From the NCBI RefSeq assembly GCF_048261205.1, contig NZ_JBLXGF010000004.1: DNA of 64,000 nt. One strand, 5' to 3'. Below, in pieces: positions 60,253 to 64,000 of the stretch. Source of the DNA: Hoeflea sp. GTDB lineage: Bacteria > Pseudomonadota > Alphaproteobacteria > Rhizobiales > Rhizobiaceae. Each line of letters begins with the position of its first letter. Within the stretch, counting starts at the first letter, position 1. A program made the position numbers and the translations under genes. The notes beneath the pieces were generated by a model that saw only the letters and a list, made by a program, of their open reading frames with translations, ran no database searches and had not been told where the DNA came from.

Positions 60253-61071
60253 TCAGGTCATCCGCAGCAGTGCACCTCCATCGATGACGATCTGCGCGCC
60301 CGTCACGTAGGACGAGGCAGGCGAGGCCAGATAAAGTGCCAGGCCTTTGATTTCTTCCGGATCGCCGATCCGGCCGATCAGCGACTGGTCCTCGAAGGCC
60401 TTGCGGTCCGCCGGATTGCGCAACCGGCCGCCGGCGATGTTGGTGATGAACGGACCAGGCAGGATGGCGTTGATGCGGATGTTGTATGCCCCGAGCTCCA
60501 TCGCCATGTGGCGAACCAGATGGTTCACCGCGGCCTTTGCGGGCATGTAAGGCGTGCCAACGATGCTCTCGTTGATCAGCGAGGCGATAGACGATGTGAC
60601 GATGATCTGGCCGCCGCCATTGGGCTTCATGTGCCGGACAGCGTGTTTGATCGTGGTGTAGACCGAGGTCAGGTTGATTTCGATCACCTTGTCCCAGTGT
60701 TCGTCGGACAGGTTCTCAATGGCGCCCTCGGGATTACGCTCGCCCGTCGGGGTGTTGAAGCCAGGCCCGGCGTCGATCCCAGCATTGGCGAACACCACAT
60801 CGATCGCGCCCGCCTTTTCGGCCACCTTGTCAAAGGCCTCCGCCATGGCTGCGCGGTCGCCCACGTCGACAAGCAAGCCCCAGACATCGCCGCCCGCGGC
60901 GCTGATCTCGGCGACGGTTTTCTCCAGCCCTGCAGGATTCAGATCGAAAATGCAGACCCTGGCTCCGTGCTCGGCCATGATCTCGGCATAGGCCTGACCA
61001 ATTCCGCTGGCGCCGCCGGTGACGATCACCGACTTGCCTCGGACATCGAACATTTTTTCAAGCGCGGCCAT
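60253..61071 (-). CDS. Short-chain dehydrogenase/reductase
   Basis: TGGASGIG, FANAG, TSS, YMPAK, INAILPG. Confidence 0.93.
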   Translation of the reverse strand: MAALEKMFDVRGKSVIVTGGASGIGQAYAEIMAEHGARVCIFDLNPAGLEKTVAEISAAGGDVWGLLVDVGDRAAMAEAFDKVAEKAGAIDVVFANAGIDAGPGFNTPTGERNPEGAIENLSDEHWDKVIEINLTSVYTTIKHAVRHMKPNGGGQIIVTSSIASLINESIVGTPYMPAKAAVNHLVRHMAMELGAYNIRINAILPGPFITNIAGGRLRNPADRKAFEDQSLIGRIGDPEEIKGLALYLASPASSYVTGAQIVIDGGALLRMT

Positions 61072-61202
61072 CAGTTTCCTCCTGCTTCCCTAACACCAAC
61101 CTGTGCACAAGCGCCCCCGGAAGCCCTGCAGCGCAGGGTCACTTCGTCTTTCACGACACCGCAATCCCGGCCTTCGTGGCGGCAGCCGCTGCTACGAGCC
61201 AT
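61071..61202 (-). CDS. Small 43-aa ORF or gene relic between the dioxygenase and the SDR
   Basis: AAGGAGA RBS 6 nt before ATG; stop overlaps the SDR start (TGATG); MARSSGCRHEGRDCGVVKDEVTLRCRASGGACAQVGVREAGGN. Confidence 0.3.
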   Translation of the reverse strand: MARSSGCRHEGRDCGVVKDEVTLRCRASGGACAQVGVREAGGN

Positions 61203-62103
61203 CGGTTGTCTCCTTGCCGGACATTCCGGTTTCATTCGGCTGTTGCGGGCAGAGAACAAGGTCGAGCTCGAGCGCATGCTGCCGTTTCTTGCCATTGAGC
61301 GGAAGCGCGCGGAACTCAGCCAGGAGTTCGGGCTTGACGCCGAAAATGGCATCCCGGCCGATCGCAGGGTCCAATTGGTCAAAAATGTGGGTCGTCAGCG
61401 TCTCGAAGCCCTCGGCTGAAACGCGAAAATGAATATGGGCCGGCCGCTCCAGGCCAAGGCCGAGCGTCGACATCAGCTGACCGACCGGCCCGTCGGAAGG
61501 AAGCGCGTAGCCCTTCGGCTTGACTGTCAAGAAATGGAACCGTCCCTGCGGATCGGCACGGAACCGTCCGCGCAGATTGAATTCCGGCTGACGATCCGGT
61601 TCCTGGTTCTCGTAAAGACCCTCGGCATTGGCATGCCAGACCTCAACAATCGCCCCACCGATCCCTGCGCCGTCGAGCGCGACGATCCGGCCCGAAACTT
61701 CCAGCGGCTCACCCTTGGCATCGCGCGAGATGTTTGCGCCGAGTGGCATTTCCGGCGCGTCGGCGCGGTAGAAAGGTCCGGCGACCGTGTTTGGCGTGGC
61801 TCCAACGGGGCGCGGGCTGTTCTGATCCTCGATCAGCGAGGACACGCCGAGAACATCGACGAACAAGACCCATTCCTGCCGCCGCGCATCCGCGTAATGG
61901 CCAACCTCGGTCAGGAAGTCGATCACCAGCCTGAATTCCTCTCCCGTGGGTTGAAGCTCGGCAACCAGCGTGTGCAGTCCATCGACGATCGTTCGCGCGG
62001 CCGCCGTCAGGCGGGACTGATCAGCTGCCGCAAGACGCCTCGAGAACTCCTTGGCTTGGGCGGAGATGTGCTGGGTGAGTTCATCCCTTTGCTTATCCTC
62101 CAT
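61192..62103 (-). CDS. Intradiol ring-cleavage dioxygenase (hydroxyquinol/catechol 1,2-dioxygenase-like)
   Basis: GPFY, VWHANAEGLY (Tyr ligand), KGYALPSDGPVG (Tyr ligand), RPAHIHF (two His ligands); start set at MEDKQ. Confidence 0.9.
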   Translation of the reverse strand: MEDKQRDELTQHISAQAKEFSRRLAAADQSRLTAAARTIVDGLHTLVAELQPTGEEFRLVIDFLTEVGHYADARRQEWVLFVDVLGVSSLIEDQNSPRPVGATPNTVAGPFYRADAPEMPLGANISRDAKGEPLEVSGRIVALDGAGIGGAIVEVWHANAEGLYENQEPDRQPEFNLRGRFRADPQGRFHFLTVKPKGYALPSDGPVGQLMSTLGLGLERPAHIHFRVSAEGFETLTTHIFDQLDPAIGRDAIFGVKPELLAEFRALPLNGKKRQHALELDLVLCPQQPNETGMSGKETTDGS

Positions 62104-62183
62104 CGCTCCAGGGCCTCCACTCCCCTTGCCAATTGGGATAGCACGGCCCGATGCGATTCTTGATGAGTTGTGGGATCGCCTGT

Positions 62184-62198
62184 ATAGCAAATTGCTAT
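62184..62198. promoter_or_regulatory. LysR T-N11-A palindrome
   Basis: ATAGCAA-A-TTGCTAT, overlapping the LysR start codon. Confidence 0.75.
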
Positions 62199-63147
62199 GA
62201 AGCTGAACGAGCACCACTTGATGCAACTCGCCGCGGTGCTGGACGCCGGGGGTGTCACGGAAGGAGCCGCCATGCTGGGCATGACCCAGCCTGCGGTCAG
62301 CCGTTCGCTTTCCAAGCTGGAGGCGCGGGTCGGAGAACCGCTCTTCCTCAAGGGCCGCCGTCCGCTACAGGCGACACCGCTCGGCGAACAACTGGCAGCG
62401 CAAGGACGCATGATCATCATCGCGTCGCGCAGGGCCTCCGATGCCGTACAGGGCTTTGTGACCGGCACGAAGGGTGTCATCCGCGTCGGCGGCGTGCCCT
62501 TTTTCATGGATGCGATGATCAGCCGGATGATCGCGGAGTTCCAGAACTTCGAACCAGAGGTCACTGTGCAGCAAAGTTACCTCAACCAGCCCGAAATGAT
62601 CGCTGCGCTGCAGGGCAACCAGATCGATCTCGGCATCGTGCCGATCGGCACGCCCGATATCGGAGCGGGCTTTGAATTCACCGAAATCCTGCCCGGCCGC
62701 AATATCGTGGCTTGCCGGCCTGACCACCCTCTGCTGCGCAATCCCCGCCTCAAGGCACAAGACCTGGCCAGTTTTCCCTGGGTGGCCCCCCTGCCAGGTT
62801 CGCCGCTGATGTCGGACCTGCAAATGATCCTGATGAGCATCGGCATGTCGGACTTGAATGTCCGTTATTCAGGGGGCTCACTGATGAGCGTGATCAACTA
62901 TATTGCCGGGACCGACGCAATGGCGGTGCTGCCATTCTCCGTGGTTTTCGCGCAGCGCTACGAAAACCGGGTGACCGTGCTTCCTTATGAAATCCCGCAA
63001 CCCAACCGTTCACTCGGCATCCTGCGCCGGGTTGGAGGGCCGCGCACGCCTGCGGCAGAGCGCTTCGCCAGCCACATCACGACCTCGTTCGACAATCTGA
63101 AGCACATCATCAAGCGGCATGAGAACGCCGTCGTCTGGGGCCGCTAA
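62197..63147 (+). CDS. LysR family transcriptional regulator
   Basis: GGVTEGAAMLGMTQPAVSRSLSKLE HTH; divergent from the dioxygenase operon. Confidence 0.95.
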   Translation: MKLNEHHLMQLAAVLDAGGVTEGAAMLGMTQPAVSRSLSKLEARVGEPLFLKGRRPLQATPLGEQLAAQGRMIIIASRRASDAVQGFVTGTKGVIRVGGVPFFMDAMISRMIAEFQNFEPEVTVQQSYLNQPEMIAALQGNQIDLGIVPIGTPDIGAGFEFTEILPGRNIVACRPDHPLLRNPRLKAQDLASFPWVAPLPGSPLMSDLQMILMSIGMSDLNVRYSGGSLMSVINYIAGTDAMAVLPFSVVFAQRYENRVTVLPYEIPQPNRSLGILRRVGGPRTPAAERFASHITTSFDNLKHIIKRHENAVVWGR

Positions 63148-63151
63148 AGCA

Positions 63152-63402
63152 TGGGCCGCCTGTCCGGAGTTCCAGGAATTGGTCCCCGCAATTCTGCGCA
63201 GTCTACCGCTTAAACCTCCATCCGCCTTATCGAGCCAAGACTGAGACGCCTTGCCCGCCTCGGCGACGGCATAACCGCGCGCATATTCGGGATACTGAAC
63301 GAACTCGCAAGTGAAGCCATTCAGGACGGCACAGAGCGCATTACCGATGAAGACATTGATTCCTGGAAGCCAGCCTTGGAAAAGGAGGCGGCTTTCGCAT
63401 AG
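63152..63402 (+). pseudogene. tniB: Frameshifted C-terminal remnant of a TniB/TnsC-like NTP-binding transposition protein
   Basis: WAACPEFQELVPAILRSLPLKPPSAL, frameshift near 63240, then LRRLARLGDGITARIFGILNELASEAIQDGTERITDEDIDSWKP...*; recognised by eye as TniB-like. Confidence 0.7.
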
Positions 63403-63411
63403 CCAACAAAA

Positions 63412-63446
63412 ACTGCCCGAGTCCCAGTTTGAAGTGTAAAGCGACA
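63412..63446 (-). repeat. Right terminal inverted repeat
   Basis: Minus strand TGTCGCTTTACACTTCAAACTGGGACTCGGGCAGT. Confidence 0.8.
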
Positions 63447-63546
63447 GATGAATTTGGCCCTGCCCTGACAATCCTGCTGGCCCAGCGAATGGATGAACGG
63501 TCTTCCTGACACCCCCGCGCAACCCAATCTGGACTTAGAGGTAGAC

Positions 63547-63569
63547 AGTCTGGCTTTACGCGCCAGACT
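63547..63569. promoter_or_regulatory. 8-bp inverted repeat upstream of the molybdoenzyme gene
   Basis: AGTCTGGC-TTTACGC-GCCAGACT. Confidence 0.45.
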
Positions 63570-63700
63570 TGACTTTCGTTCGTCTGCGCGGTCCGTTTGA
63601 CCTTGCGATGGCGGAGGCGGTCGCTGTCAATTTGCCAAAGCGGCGAGGACTAAAACGTGGTGCAACCGAAACATCGGGCGGCGCGTCTTGGGGAGGGTGA

Positions 63701-64000
63701 ATGAACCAGACCAGCAGGGCTTCAGGCGCAGCTGACGGCAAGACCGGAATTCGCAAAACCACCTGTTACATGTGCGCCTGCCGCTGCGGCATCAATGTCC
63801 ATATGTCAGACGGCAAGGTCAGCTATATCGAAGGCAACCGCGATCACCCGATCAACAAAGGCGTGCTGTGCGCCAAGGGATCGGCGGGGATCATGCAGCA
63901 TTATTCGCCGGCACGGCTGAGGAAGCCGCTCTTGAGAACCGGCGAACGCGGCTCAGGTCAATTCAAGGAAATCGAGTGGGATGAGGCGCTGGCGCTCGCC
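63701..64000 (+). CDS. soeA: Molybdopterin oxidoreductase, SoeA (sulfite dehydrogenase)-like (3' partial, not in ORF track)
   Basis: GGAGG RBS; MNQTSR...RKTTCYMCACRCGINVH...IEGNRDHPINKGVLCAKGSAGIMQ with [4Fe-4S] motif and no Tat leader; frame open to the window end. Confidence 0.8.
   Translation, partial: MNQTSRASGAADGKTGIRKTTCYMCACRCGINVHMSDGKVSYIEGNRDHPINKGVLCAKGSAGIMQHYSPARLRKPLLRTGERGSGQFKEIEWDEALALA

Larger units (their letters stand above)
41839..63446. mobile_element. Putative non-autonomous Tn7/Tn5053-like (Tni/Tns) transposon, 21,608 bp
   Basis: TGT...ACA termini, imperfect terminal IR (27/35), 5-bp flanks GATGC/GATGA, extra end-like sites, tniB remnant just inside the right end. 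Confidence 0.8.

Noticed and set aside
41839-63446. CRISPR-associated transposon (CAST) interpretation
   Set aside because: No cas gene, CRISPR array, tniQ or tRNA/glmS target is visible; only the ends and a tniB relic are supported.
63772-63984. 70-aa ORF in the track (MRLPLRHQ...)
   Set aside because: Wrong frame; the SoeA-like frame starts at 63701 and runs off the window.
1-64000. rRNA, tRNA, CRISPR arrays and intact IS transposases
   Set aside because: No such sequence pattern or regularly spaced repeat was recognised by eye; a covariance-model scan was not run.

Overview
About 60% GC alphaproteobacterial chromosome segment; gene content suggests Rhizobiales/Hyphomicrobiales (inference). 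1-16 kb: GhrA-like dehydrogenase tail, NlpC/P60-MarR-leucyl aminopeptidase, and a Tad/Cpa (Flp) pilus locus, including a 58-aa Flp pilin absent from the ORF track and several CtrA-like boxes. 16-29 kb: orphan PhnD-like binding protein and nucleoside salvage genes (deoB, add, upp, deoA, deoC, PNP, cdd, nucleoside ABC transporter lacking its binding protein), with an orphan flagellin and a PerP-like aspartic protease among them. 29-41 kb: thioesterase, slyX and a LacI-controlled GH43/sugar ABC locus. Main finding: 41839-63446 (21,608 bp) looks like a non-autonomous Tn7/Tn5053-type transposon. It has TGT...ACA ends matching at 27/35 nt, a near-perfect 5-bp target duplication (GATGC/GATGA), extra end-like sites and a frameshifted tniB remnant. 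It sits between a SqrR/BigR-like ArsR gene and a SoeA-like molybdoenzyme gene. Its cargo is an IclR/peptide-ABC/atypical GGT/M20 module and a LysR-controlled aromatic catabolic module with a non-canonical enzyme set. A remnant of a second, paralogous LysR lies at the junction of the two modules. No rRNA, tRNA or CRISPR array was seen. All alignments were done by eye.
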